Below, piece after piece: positions 45,528 through 54,866 of a stretch of DNA of 64,000 nt. Every line of letters begins with the position of its first letter. The stretch's first letter is position 1. The translations under genes were made by a program, and so were the position numbers. The stretch is from Escherichia coli. GTDB taxonomy: Bacteria; Pseudomonadota; Gammaproteobacteria; Enterobacterales; Enterobacteriaceae. The notes under the pieces were generated by a model. It had not been told where the DNA came from. It did not search any database and saw only the letters and a program-made list of their open reading frames with translations. The DNA lies in the NCBI RefSeq assembly GCF_013315695.1, contig NZ_CP054353.1. One strand, 5' to 3'.

Positions 45528-46751
45528 TTAGCGGTGTTGACTTGCCTGACTGAGAATCGCATACGCGATACATGCCACCAGAATCGAGTCTACCGAAGGG
45601 ATCGTCGTCAGGGTGAATAAGCCTTTTACGGTCATAAAGCCAACCGCTGCGCCTATGATCCATGCTGCGAATGTCAGCACTTTAATCTGTGACTCCTGGG
45701 CTAACACTGACTCTTGATAGCCATTACGGCGATAAAGGAAAAAGTCAGCGATATAAATTCCGGCAACGGGTGGCGTGGCGATACCCAGGAACAGCAGAAA
45801 CGGAATAAACCACGCCATAATATCCATACTGCCTACGATGGCGGAAAGGATACCCAGCGCCACGGTAATCTGCCATTTGGGAAAGCGGGTAAGCAGTGTG
45901 GAAACCACCAGCGTGCCCTGGAACATATTGCCCGCGTTACCGGTGACGCAGGCGAAAATCAACAACAGCGCCGCAGGCAGAACCGCACCGAATACCGCCA
46001 TCGCACCCAGTAAAGATCCCTGACCACTAATGGCGCTCGGCGTTGCACCCGCCCAGTAGAGCAGAGGGTAGGCAACCAGAAACGTCACGCCTGCGGCAAT
46101 CAGCGCATGTTTGCGGTTATGTACAAAACTACCGAAATCAGGCAGTGTGGCAACCAGCACAATAATGGTGCCAACAACGGTGGAAACGGCGACACCTGTA
46201 TTCATCTCCACAATCGCCGCTGGTACTGCCACTTCGGTATGGGTTGCCACATAGAGGATGTAACACAGCACCAGCGCGATAACCGGCACGGCAACCTGGG
46301 CAATTTTTCCCAGAACGGCAAAGCCAAATGCCGTAGAGGCGACAAAAATGACACAGCCAGCCGCCACTAACAGTGCCAGTGGAACTTCCAGTCCATGTTG
46401 AGCCAGTAAGTCATGTACCGAATGACCAAACATATTGGCGGTAACGGCAATCCAGCCGAACAGACTTATCGCCATCAAAATGTTAATGGCGATGGCCCCT
46501 TTTTCGCCAAACGAATATTTCACAATGCCATACGTTGGTAGGCGGGCTTTTTCTCCCACGCTAATGGTGATGGCTGAAAGTAAGGTCAGAATGACGCCGC
46601 CTAACAATACGACGCTAATTAAACTGCCGCTGGAAAGTTGATTGCCGAGGCTTGAGGATGACAACAGCACAGGTGTGACGGCAATACCCAGCAAAATCAT
46701 GGCAATACGCAATCCTGATGCCGTATTCAGATTCTCTTCTTTTTTACGCAT
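45528..46751 (-). CDS. NCS1-family (CodB-like cytosine/nucleobase) permease
   Basis: 407 aa polytopic; resembles CodB architecture (…VGEKARLPTYGIVKYSFGEKGA…). Confidence 0.7.
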   Translation of the reverse strand: MRKKEENLNTASGLRIAMILLGIAVTPVLLSSSSLGNQLSSGSLISVVLLGGVILTLLSAITISVGEKARLPTYGIVKYSFGEKGAIAINILMAISLFGWIAVTANMFGHSVHDLLAQHGLEVPLALLVAAGCVIFVASTAFGFAVLGKIAQVAVPVIALVLCYILYVATHTEVAVPAAIVEMNTGVAVSTVVGTIIVLVATLPDFGSFVHNRKHALIAAGVTFLVAYPLLYWAGATPSAISGQGSLLGAMAVFGAVLPAALLLIFACVTGNAGNMFQGTLVVSTLLTRFPKWQITVALGILSAIVGSMDIMAWFIPFLLFLGIATPPVAGIYIADFFLYRRNGYQESVLAQESQIKVLTFAAWIIGAAVGFMTVKGLFTLTTIPSVDSILVACIAYAILSQASQHR

Positions 46752-46776
46752 AGTATGTTCCCTTTATAAATGCGCG

Positions 46777-47166
46777 TTACACAGTATGAAAATGCCCGGT
46801 GTATTTGCGCCAGCTGCCCAGTTCTGTAATTTCCCGTTGGCCTTCGGTCAGCCAGTTTTCTGCCAGTACGCCCAGCACTTCGCTACCATCGGCAAGTTTG
46901 ATTTTGCCAATTGCCAGCCCAGCGGGTTCGCTCATTAACAGAGCGGCAAAACTGGCCAGCGGTAATTGCCAAATTTCTACGTCGACGTGTGTTCCTCCTT
47001 CATTCACGCGAATCATTCCCGGATGGCGATCATTAATACTCCACAACCGGTAATGGGCGTCAGTTCGGTCTTCACGGACAAAAATACCGCCCGCTTTTTG
47101 CATATTTGGGTTGAGTTCCAGGCCGCGCATCAGCGTTCCGTTAACGGCTAAAAGCGTTGTAGTCAT
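46777..47166 (-). CDS. gamma-glutamylcyclotransferase-like (AIG2 / allophanate hydrolase C-terminal domain-like) protein
   Basis: 129 aa; N-terminal LLAVNGTLMRG motif typical of GGCT fold. Confidence 0.5.
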   Translation of the reverse strand: MTTTLLAVNGTLMRGLELNPNMQKAGGIFVREDRTDAHYRLWSINDRHPGMIRVNEGGTHVDVEIWQLPLASFAALLMSEPAGLAIGKIKLADGSEVLGVLAENWLTEGQREITELGSWRKYTGHFHTV

Positions 47167-47182
47167 TGTGTTCTCCAGAGAA

Positions 47183-48139
47183 TTAAAGGGTTATCCATGT
47201 ACCGCTCTGATGCGCCAGGGCTGCTTTTATGGTTTGCGGTGAAGTAATCAGGCCGCTGGCCTGTTTGCCTTGTTGCTGGCTGGCATTGATGAAATCAACA
47301 ATGGCTTCCACTTTGGGTTGCATACTGCCGACACCAAACTGACCTTCCCGCAACAGCGTTTGCGCTTCGGCAACGCTGATAGCGTCGAGCCACTGTTGTT
47401 GTGGTGTACCAAAGTTAATCGCCACTTTTTCTACACCGGTGGGGATCACCAGCAGATCTGCGCCTAACTGACTGGCGAGCAGCGCGGAGGCCAGATCTTT
47501 ATCGATCACGGCTTCCACACCTTTCAGTTGTTGCCCGTCTCGCACCACCGGAATACCGCCGCCGCCGCAGGCAATAACCAGATATCCCTGGCGCACCAGG
47601 TGAGCGATGGTGTCGTGCTCAATAATTTCCAGTGGTGCAGGAGAGGGAACTGTACGCCGCCAACCACGCCCGGCGTCCTCCATCAGCGTCCAGCCGAGTT
47701 GTTGTTGGCGTTGTTGGGCCGTTGCTTCATCGAGAAACGCGCCAATTGGTTTACTGGGGCTGGCGAAAGCATCGTCATGTGGGCTGACTCGCGTTTGTGT
47801 CACCAGGGCAATTACCGGTTTGTTTATGCCACGGCGAGCCAATTCGTTATGCAGTGCTTTCTGGAACATGTAGCCAATTGCACCTTGTGTATCACCCACG
47901 GCGTAATCAAGTGGAACCGGAGAAACTTCGTTACTGGCGAGTTCAGAGCGGCGCAGAATAAAGCCCACCTGCGGGCCATTACCGTGGGTTAGTACCAGGT
48001 CCCATCCGGCTTCAACCATATCAACGATATGCTGCACGCTTTCCATCACTGCAACATATTGATCGGGAATACTATTGCGTTGCTCGTCCTGAATGAGCGC
48101 ATTGCCGCCAACCGCGACGACAGCCAGTGGCTTAACCAT
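47183..48139 (-). CDS. carbamate kinase-like protein
   Basis: 318 aa from MVKPLAVVAVGGNAL...; amino-acid kinase family; start overlaps upstream stop (ATGGTTAA). Confidence 0.8.
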   Translation of the reverse strand: MVKPLAVVAVGGNALIQDEQRNSIPDQYVAVMESVQHIVDMVEAGWDLVLTHGNGPQVGFILRRSELASNEVSPVPLDYAVGDTQGAIGYMFQKALHNELARRGINKPVIALVTQTRVSPHDDAFASPSKPIGAFLDEATAQQRQQQLGWTLMEDAGRGWRRTVPSPAPLEIIEHDTIAHLVRQGYLVIACGGGGIPVVRDGQQLKGVEAVIDKDLASALLASQLGADLLVIPTGVEKVAINFGTPQQQWLDAISVAEAQTLLREGQFGVGSMQPKVEAIVDFINASQQQGKQASGLITSPQTIKAALAHQSGTWITL

Positions 48140-49556
48140 GATGGTTCTCCTTTGCGACGATCTCCGCCAGTGCACGTACAGCGGCGACAAAACAGGCCAT
48201 CGGCGCAGTGGTGATCCCGGCACCAATTTGCCCGACCCCCGCTTGTTTGTGGGCGATACCCGTATTGATGACCGGTAAAATGCCGCGATCGGTCACTTTA
48301 CGCGCATCAATCCCTGCTGCGGTGGGGGCAAAATTGAGGGCTGGAAGTGTAAATGCGGGGTTACCGCCGAGGGTGATGGCTTGCATCCGACGGCTGTTAT
48401 TGGTGGCATCGGCAGGGGTGCCTCCCACAAATTTGACGATCGCCGGAGACGACGCCATCGCGAAGCCACCCACACCTGCGGTTTCAGTAATTGCGCTATC
48501 ACCCAGGTCAGCAGCAGCGTCGTCAACGCCAAATCCGGGGAAGAACAGACCTTCAACGGCATTGGCAGGAGCCTGGAACCAGCGATCGCCAGTACCGGAA
48601 ATCCGAATACCAAAATTCACCCCGTTACGCGCCATCACCGTAACCATTGAACTGAACGGTACATTGGCGGCGGCATCCATCATTGCTTTACAGGCGGCCA
48701 TCGACAGATTGAGGAAGAAGTGATCGTTACCGGTGATAAATGCCACGACGCGCTGGATATGTTCCTGTGGAAGAGAGCAGGCCAGCAATGCCGGGAGCAG
48801 GCGCTTAATCAGCAAACCGGTAGCGGCAGCATTGCGGTTATGAACTTCATCCCCCATATGCAGCGCCTGCGCCATTAATGGCTTGAGTTCCAGCTCGCCG
48901 TGTTGTGCGATTGCTGCTTTCATTGCCGGCGCCAGTTCATCGCGCATCCAGGCCAGACGATTGAGAACTTCATCGTTATTGGCGCCAAAACGGAGAACCT
49001 TACCCAGACCTTCATTGAAATTGCTAAAAGTACGATGGCCGTTGGTTTTGTTTTCTACCACCCATAACGGCATCGACGGGCTGATGATGCCTGCCATTGG
49101 GCCAACCGCGTGATAATGATGACAAGGGGCAAGGTCGATTTCGCCTGCGTTTATTTGGTTTTCAGCGTCTTGCTGGCTGGTGGCCCAACCTTCGTACAGC
49201 ATGGCACCAATAATCGCCCCTTTTACCGGACCACACATCTCTTCCCAGGCAATCGGCGGGCCAGAGTGCAAAATACGTTTTTGTTCAGCCATTGCTGGAA
49301 TGGCCTCTTTAGCGAGCATGACATCCACCAGCACGGGCTGTGCTTCGAGATAACGTGTCATGGCGATTTGGTTGGCATTTTCTACCAGGGGATGACGTAG
49401 CAACGATGCCAGATCCAATCCAGCGTCAATATCGCCTTGTGCTGGTGGCTGCCAGTTGAGTGCAATTGCGCTTCCCCCGGCATGTTGAATATTGTCAGCA
49501 AAACTGTGTAGTCCCGCGTTCACGACCTTCAAAGGCTGATTAAATAAGGTATTCAT
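48132..49556 (-). CDS. DUF1116 protein (YlbE/YahG-like)
   Basis: 474 aa from MNTLFNQPLKVVNAG...; ATGA start/stop overlap with upstream FdrA-like gene. Confidence 0.75.
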   Translation of the reverse strand: MNTLFNQPLKVVNAGLHSFADNIQHAGGSAIALNWQPPAQGDIDAGLDLASLLRHPLVENANQIAMTRYLEAQPVLVDVMLAKEAIPAMAEQKRILHSGPPIAWEEMCGPVKGAIIGAMLYEGWATSQQDAENQINAGEIDLAPCHHYHAVGPMAGIISPSMPLWVVENKTNGHRTFSNFNEGLGKVLRFGANNDEVLNRLAWMRDELAPAMKAAIAQHGELELKPLMAQALHMGDEVHNRNAAATGLLIKRLLPALLACSLPQEHIQRVVAFITGNDHFFLNLSMAACKAMMDAAANVPFSSMVTVMARNGVNFGIRISGTGDRWFQAPANAVEGLFFPGFGVDDAAADLGDSAITETAGVGGFAMASSPAIVKFVGGTPADATNNSRRMQAITLGGNPAFTLPALNFAPTAAGIDARKVTDRGILPVINTGIAHKQAGVGQIGAGITTAPMACFVAAVRALAEIVAKENHHG

Positions 49557-51112
49557 GCGTTTAGCCCCTTTTTCTGCAACTGAGTCTGTGCAACGGTGCT
49601 GGCCCATAACGCCGCCTGTGCATTGCTGCTGGCGATGATGACCCCTGCATTTTGTAGTGCGCTTATCTGCTGACTGCGTATTTGCGGATCAGCTTCCGTT
49701 CCGCAAACGTGCGCAATCAGCAACGGTGCGTTATTCATGTCGATGTGTGAAAGTTGGTCCAGTAATTCGCTGGCAGGCGTCGTGGAAGCGCCATAACCAA
49801 GTACCAGGTCGAATAACACGACGGCAGTGTGTGAGTCGTTGAGTTCGTTGAGCAGACGTTGATTGCGCAGAGTCGGGTCGATCATTGGATGCGGTTTGCC
49901 ACGGGTGAAATCATCGTCGCCCATATCGATCAACGTGTGATCTTCGCTTTGCCAGATATTTGCCAGAGCACGATTACCCGCAACTGGCGTATTGGAGGCT
50001 GCGATGAATCCCTTTTGTTGGCAGATAAGTTGCGCTTCGTAGCAGAAGGTTCCTCCGGCGAAAACACCGCGTATCGCCTGGCGATGGGCTGGCAGGCGCT
50101 GGCAGGCGTTTTGTAACATTGTGAGATCGTCGCAGGAAATTTCGGTCTCGATAGTCGGAAGTGGTTGATCATTCAGTAACGCCACGGCGATATTTGCGGC
50201 GCTGGCAAGTGTGGTGGCCGCGGTGATATTGGGACGTGCCAGATCATGCGGATTCGCACCGAGGAAATTCACCACCACGGGTTTTCCACAAGCCTCGGCA
50301 CGCTCCAGAATAGTCCGGGCAACGATCGGTGAAGGCGGTTTTGAAATAAGCACAATCACGCGAGTTTCATCGTCTTGCGCCAGCGCATCTAAAGCGAAGA
50401 GCATCGATATTCCACCAATCTCTTCACTGAGATCATGTCCGCCTGTTCCCAACGCCTGAGAAATACCCGCTCCGAGCTGGTCGATTCGGCAAGTCACTTC
50501 CTGTAACCCGGTGCCTGACGCGCCAATAACACCAATTGCTCCGCGTTTCACCACATTAGCGAAGCCTAACGGAATGCCGTTAACAATGGCGGTTCCACAG
50601 TCAGGTCCCATTACGATGCGCTGACGTTCTCGGGCAAGCGTTTTGATGGATTTTTCCTGCACGATACTGACGTTATCGCTGAACATCATCACGTTCATTC
50701 CGAGGTTTAACGCTTTAATTGCTTCGGCGGCGGCGTAGTCTCCCGGTACAGAAATGAGTGCCAGGTTGGCTTCGGGCTCGGCTTCCAGTGCCATTTCCAG
50801 GCTGACCTTTTCCGGTGATTTAATGCCACTATCCGTTTCATCATCGGGTTTGCTGGTCAGACGTTGCTGGGCCAGTACCAGTGCTTCATTGCAAATATCT
50901 TCTTCACCCATGACTGCAATCACTAAATCATTGGGACTGGCGTTGATTTCGTTACCCAGACCCGCATCGCGCAATTGTTCGAGATTATTGGGCGTTCCCA
51001 TGACGACCGAGGCCTGTTGAATACCGGGCAACTTGCTGATTTGCGCGGAAATCTGCATCAGAGAAACTGAGTCCTGATAAAGATTACTGAAAACTTTATA
51101 TTTAACTTTCAT
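49553..51112 (-). CDS. FdrA-like protein (succinyl-CoA synthetase alpha-like CoA-binding/ligase domains)
   Basis: 519 aa; FdrA/YahF-like. Confidence 0.75.
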   Translation of the reverse strand: MKVKYKVFSNLYQDSVSLMQISAQISKLPGIQQASVVMGTPNNLEQLRDAGLGNEINASPNDLVIAVMGEEDICNEALVLAQQRLTSKPDDETDSGIKSPEKVSLEMALEAEPEANLALISVPGDYAAAEAIKALNLGMNVMMFSDNVSIVQEKSIKTLARERQRIVMGPDCGTAIVNGIPLGFANVVKRGAIGVIGASGTGLQEVTCRIDQLGAGISQALGTGGHDLSEEIGGISMLFALDALAQDDETRVIVLISKPPSPIVARTILERAEACGKPVVVNFLGANPHDLARPNITAATTLASAANIAVALLNDQPLPTIETEISCDDLTMLQNACQRLPAHRQAIRGVFAGGTFCYEAQLICQQKGFIAASNTPVAGNRALANIWQSEDHTLIDMGDDDFTRGKPHPMIDPTLRNQRLLNELNDSHTAVVLFDLVLGYGASTTPASELLDQLSHIDMNNAPLLIAHVCGTEADPQIRSQQISALQNAGVIIASSNAQAALWASTVAQTQLQKKGLNA

Positions 51113-51206
51113 GCTGTTACGCCTGTTTCATTCCGCCCGATAGCAAAATTCGGGCAAAGTATCCCCGTGTAGCCCCATAAACGGGCTACGGGAGAAAAGG
51201 TTGAAA

Positions 51207-52067
51207 TCAATTCATGGTGTTCAGGGTTCGAAAGCCATGCAGCATTCCTGCAAGGCAATCTACTCCTGACGTTGCGCCAAATTGCATGACCTGTTCTGCA
51301 CAGGATGCGATTGTCATTGCCGATGCGCTCCCAACCAGTTGTGCGAGTAACTGGCAAATCGGTTCTGAAAAATGTCCCTGAAGCGCACGCTCCAGATAAT
51401 GACGACTGATATCCGTGGTGTTGTGCGCATGTTGATCAATTGCCTGCTGCAACCGGTATTGATGATCGGCAAGTGGTGCAGGGAGTTGCCATAACCAGAG
51501 CGCTGCCAGATAGCCCAACAAATAGTCATCTCCATCGGGCGTTAAGCCTTTACCAAAGCCGATCAGTTGTGGCACCTGGCGTTCCAGCGCATCTGGATGC
51601 TCCATAATCGCTAATCCCTGGTGCGTGAGACTATCCGGCAGGTGCAATGTGCTTTGAACGTTATGTTCCAGACAAAATAAAAGCCGTTGCGATGCCATCG
51701 TTGGGTAGTGCTGGAAAACCAAAGGGAATGCCTCAAGTGTCAGCATTCCCCCCACAAATGGCGACTGCCAGAGCGTTGCGTTATCGAGCGCCACACAAAA
51801 TCGAGGTGTCCGCAGTAAGCCTGGGGTTAACTGAATGGGATCTGAATGGGCAATCTCTCTTCGCCAGTCCCAACATTCAGGTAGCCAGACTCTGGCAGCA
51901 TCAGGGAGATTCAGATACGTTTGCGCACACAACAGAGTGATGAATGTTCCCGCGTCTGAATACAGATTTACCGCATGTTTAAAAGCGCTATGCAGACGTA
52001 AATCTTGCGTTTCATTCTGCGGGAAAATATATCCCAACGACGATGCGCAAAGCGTAACCTGTACCAT
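51207..52067 (-). CDS. DUF2877 protein (YlbF/YahE-like)
   Basis: 286 aa; co-occurs with DUF1116 and FdrA-like genes. Confidence 0.65.
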   Translation of the reverse strand: MVQVTLCASSLGYIFPQNETQDLRLHSAFKHAVNLYSDAGTFITLLCAQTYLNLPDAARVWLPECWDWRREIAHSDPIQLTPGLLRTPRFCVALDNATLWQSPFVGGMLTLEAFPLVFQHYPTMASQRLLFCLEHNVQSTLHLPDSLTHQGLAIMEHPDALERQVPQLIGFGKGLTPDGDDYLLGYLAALWLWQLPAPLADHQYRLQQAIDQHAHNTTDISRHYLERALQGHFSEPICQLLAQLVGSASAMTIASCAEQVMQFGATSGVDCLAGMLHGFRTLNTMN

Positions 52068-52072
52068 CGGCG

Positions 52073-52741
52073 TTAGCCTTCCAGACCTGCAATAATGGCT
52101 TTGGAATCAGTAACCCAACCGAAAATGGCACCTTGTGCTTTGATCATCTCGAGGGCGTATTTCTGGAATTCCGGGAAATAGGAGCCGACACAATCTTCCG
52201 GGATAATGCATTCATAGCCACGATCATTTGCTTCGCGCACGGTGGTGGTTACGCAAACTTCGGTTGTAACACCACAAACTATCAGCGTCTTGATACCGTG
52301 GTTTTGCAAAATCAGATGTAAGTCGGTTTGATAAAACGCGCCTTTGCCAGGCTTATCAATCACCGGTTCGCCTGCCACCGGGTACAGTTCAGGAATGATG
52401 TCATGACCTGCTTCACCTCTGACCAGAATGCGTCCCATCGGTCCTGGTTCACCAATAAAGGTTTTTCCGCCGCGCGTCAGTTTGGCTGGCGGGCAGTCGC
52501 TTAAGTCTGCACGATGGCCTTCACGAGTATGAATAACCATAATTCCTTTTTGACGTGCGGCTGCCAGCACCTCTGTACATGGTGCGATAGCCGTGCGTAC
52601 CAGTGAAACATCATTGCCCAGTGCCTCACCGAAGCCCCCTGCTTCGACAAAGTCACGCTGCATGTCGATCATGACCAGTGCAGTTGTGCGCGGATCAAAA
52701 GGTAATTCAAAGGGTTGAGCCTGAAAAATGGATTGCGTCAT
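52073..52741 (-). CDS. isochorismatase-family cysteine amidohydrolase (RutB / N-carbamoylsarcosine amidase-like)
   Basis: 222 aa; ALVMIDMQRDF and LIVCGVTTEVCV motifs of isochorismatase-like hydrolases. Confidence 0.8.
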   Translation of the reverse strand: MTQSIFQAQPFELPFDPRTTALVMIDMQRDFVEAGGFGEALGNDVSLVRTAIAPCTEVLAAARQKGIMVIHTREGHRADLSDCPPAKLTRGGKTFIGEPGPMGRILVRGEAGHDIIPELYPVAGEPVIDKPGKGAFYQTDLHLILQNHGIKTLIVCGVTTEVCVTTTVREANDRGYECIIPEDCVGSYFPEFQKYALEMIKAQGAIFGWVTDSKAIIAGLEG

Positions 52742-52997
52742 GGTAAATCTCCTGTCTGATGTTTAAACGATCCAGTTGTTCTGAGAACGAGTATTCAGGA
52801 GAAAAGCGGCACAAAACAGGAAAAAAGTTTGCCGCACAGCAACGAAATTTTTGCATTCAGCAGGTGGTGTGATGACGAATGTGAAGGGAGTCAAAGAGTG
52901 GCATACAGCAACAAATTTTTTGATGCTGTATGGTTTTGAGATTAAAAAAATCGTTGAAATTGTGTGAGCTTAATCATCAGATTTAGCGACTATGGCG

Positions 52998-53807
52998 TTA
53001 CTTTTTAACACCATACTGTGTAAACCATTCCAACATTCGCTGCCAGCCGTCTTTCGCAGACTCGGCATGATAGCCCGGACGATAATCGGCGTTGAACGCA
53101 TGCCCGGCATCCGGGTACACGATAATCTCTGCTTTCGCGTTTGCTGCCCGCAGCGCCTGGCGCATCGTTTCAACGCTCTCTTGCGGAATGCTGTTATCCT
53201 GACCACCATATAAGCCGAGAACCGGCGCGTTAAGATCGGTTGCGATATCAACAGGTTGTTTCGGTGAATTCAGCGTCTTATCGCCGGTTAATTTGCCGTA
53301 CCATGCCACCGCTGCTTTCAGTTGTGGATTATGCGCGGCATACAGCCAGGTGATACGTCCACCCCAGCAGAATCCGGTGATCATTAAACGATGAACATCG
53401 CCGCCGTTGCGTGACGCCCAACTGGCGACATGATCGAGATCGGCCAGCACCTGCGAGTCAGGCACTTTTGCTACCAGACCGCTAAGCAGCGTAGGGATAT
53501 CGGCAAAATCATTCGGATCGCCTTCGCGGAAGTAAAGTTCAGGTGCGATAGCCAGATACCCCTCCAGCGCCAGACGGCGACAAATATCGCGGATATGTTC
53601 ATGCACGCCAAAAATTTCCTGCACTACAATGACCACTGGCAGTGGGCCATCGCTTTGCTTTGGTCTGGCATGGTAAGCAGGCATGTTATCCCCTTGTGAA
53701 GGGATAGAGGTGAAGCCCGCCACAATCGCGTCGTCCGGAGTCTGAACGATGGTCGAAGCGAGAGGCGATGCAGCAGGTGCAAATCCAGATTGTTGTGTTG
53801 TTGCCAT
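52998..53807 (-). CDS. ysgA: dienelactone hydrolase family protein
   Basis: ~269 aa from MATTQQSGFAPAASP... Confidence 0.85.
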   Translation of the reverse strand: MATTQQSGFAPAASPLASTIVQTPDDAIVAGFTSIPSQGDNMPAYHARPKQSDGPLPVVIVVQEIFGVHEHIRDICRRLALEGYLAIAPELYFREGDPNDFADIPTLLSGLVAKVPDSQVLADLDHVASWASRNGGDVHRLMITGFCWGGRITWLYAAHNPQLKAAVAWYGKLTGDKTLNSPKQPVDIATDLNAPVLGLYGGQDNSIPQESVETMRQALRAANAKAEIIVYPDAGHAFNADYRPGYHAESAKDGWQRMLEWFTQYGVKK

Positions 53808-54068
53808 GGTATTCTCCGTACCCTTATAAAAATGTTGCGCAATGTTAACTATAGTCAGCATGCAACAAATCACATTGCCTGAATCGGCTCATCTTTTATG
53901 CAGTCCTGCAGAATGAAGAGTGATTTATGTGATTTGCATCACTTTTGGCGGGTAAATTTATGCAACGCATTTTCGTCATGGTGATGAGTATCACGAAAAA
54001 ATGTTAAACCCTTCGGTAAAGTGTCTTTTTGCTTCTTCTGACTAAACCGATTTACAGAGGAGTTGTAT

Positions 54069-54833
54069 ATGTCCAAGTCTGATGTTTTTCATCTCGGCCT
54101 CACTAAAAACGATTTACAAGGGGCTACGCTTGCCATCGTCCCTGGCGACCCGGATCGTGTGGAAAAGATCGCCGCGCTGATGGATAAGCCGGTTAAGCTG
54201 GCATCTCACCGCGAATTCACCACCTGGCGTGCAGAGCTGGATGGTAAACCTGTTATCGTCTGCTCTACCGGTATCGGCGGCCCGTCTACCTCTATTGCTG
54301 TTGAAGAGCTGGCACAGCTGGGCATTCGCACCTTCCTGCGTATCGGCACAACGGGCGCTATTCAGCCGCATATTAATGTGGGTGATGTCCTGGTTACCAC
54401 GGCGTCTGTTCGTCTGGATGGTGCGAGCCTGCACTTCGCACCGCTGGAATTCCCGGCTGTCGCTGATTTCGAATGTACGACTGCGCTGGTTGAAGCTGCG
54501 AAATCCATTGGCGCGACGACTCACGTTGGCGTGACAGCTTCTTCTGATACCTTCTACCCTGGTCAGGAACGTTACGATACTTACTCTGGTCGCGTAGTCC
54601 GTCACTTTAAAGGTTCTATGGAAGAGTGGCAGGCGATGGGCGTAATGAACTATGAAATGGAATCTGCAACCCTGCTGACCATGTGTGCAAGTCAGGGCCT
54701 GCGTGCGGGTATGGTGGCGGGCGTTATCGTTAACCGCACCCAGCAAGAGATCCCGAATGCTGAGACGATGAAACAAACCGAGAGCCATGCGGTGAAAATC
54801 GTGGTGGAAGCGGCGCGTCGTCTGCTGAAATAA
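54069..54833 (+). CDS. udp: uridine phosphorylase
   Basis: 253 aa [28 protein letters not shown]... Confidence 0.95.
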   Translation: MSKSDVFHLGLTKNDLQGATLAIVPGDPDRVEKIAALMDKPVKLASHREFTTWRAELDGKPVIVCSTGIGGPSTSIAVEELAQLGIRTFLRIGTTGAIQPHINVGDVLVTTASVRLDGASLHFAPLEFPAVADFECTTALVEAAKSIGATTHVGVTASSDTFYPGQERYDTYSGRVVRHFKGSMEEWQAMGVMNYEMESATLLTMCASQGLRAGMVAGVIVNRTQQEIPNAETMKQTESHAVKIVVEAARRLLK

Positions 54834-54837
54834 AAAA

Positions 54838-54859
54838 CGCTCCCCAACTTCGGGGAGCG
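54838..54859. terminator. hairpin between convergent udp and tctA-like gene (possible bidirectional terminator)
   Basis: CGCTCCCC-AACTT-CGGGGAGCG flanked by A-run upstream and T-rich downstream. Confidence 0.6.
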
Positions 54860-54866
54860 ATATCAG

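Noticed and set aside
54114-54788. 224-codon minus-strand ORF inside udp
   Set aside because: Antisense to udp; shadow ORF.
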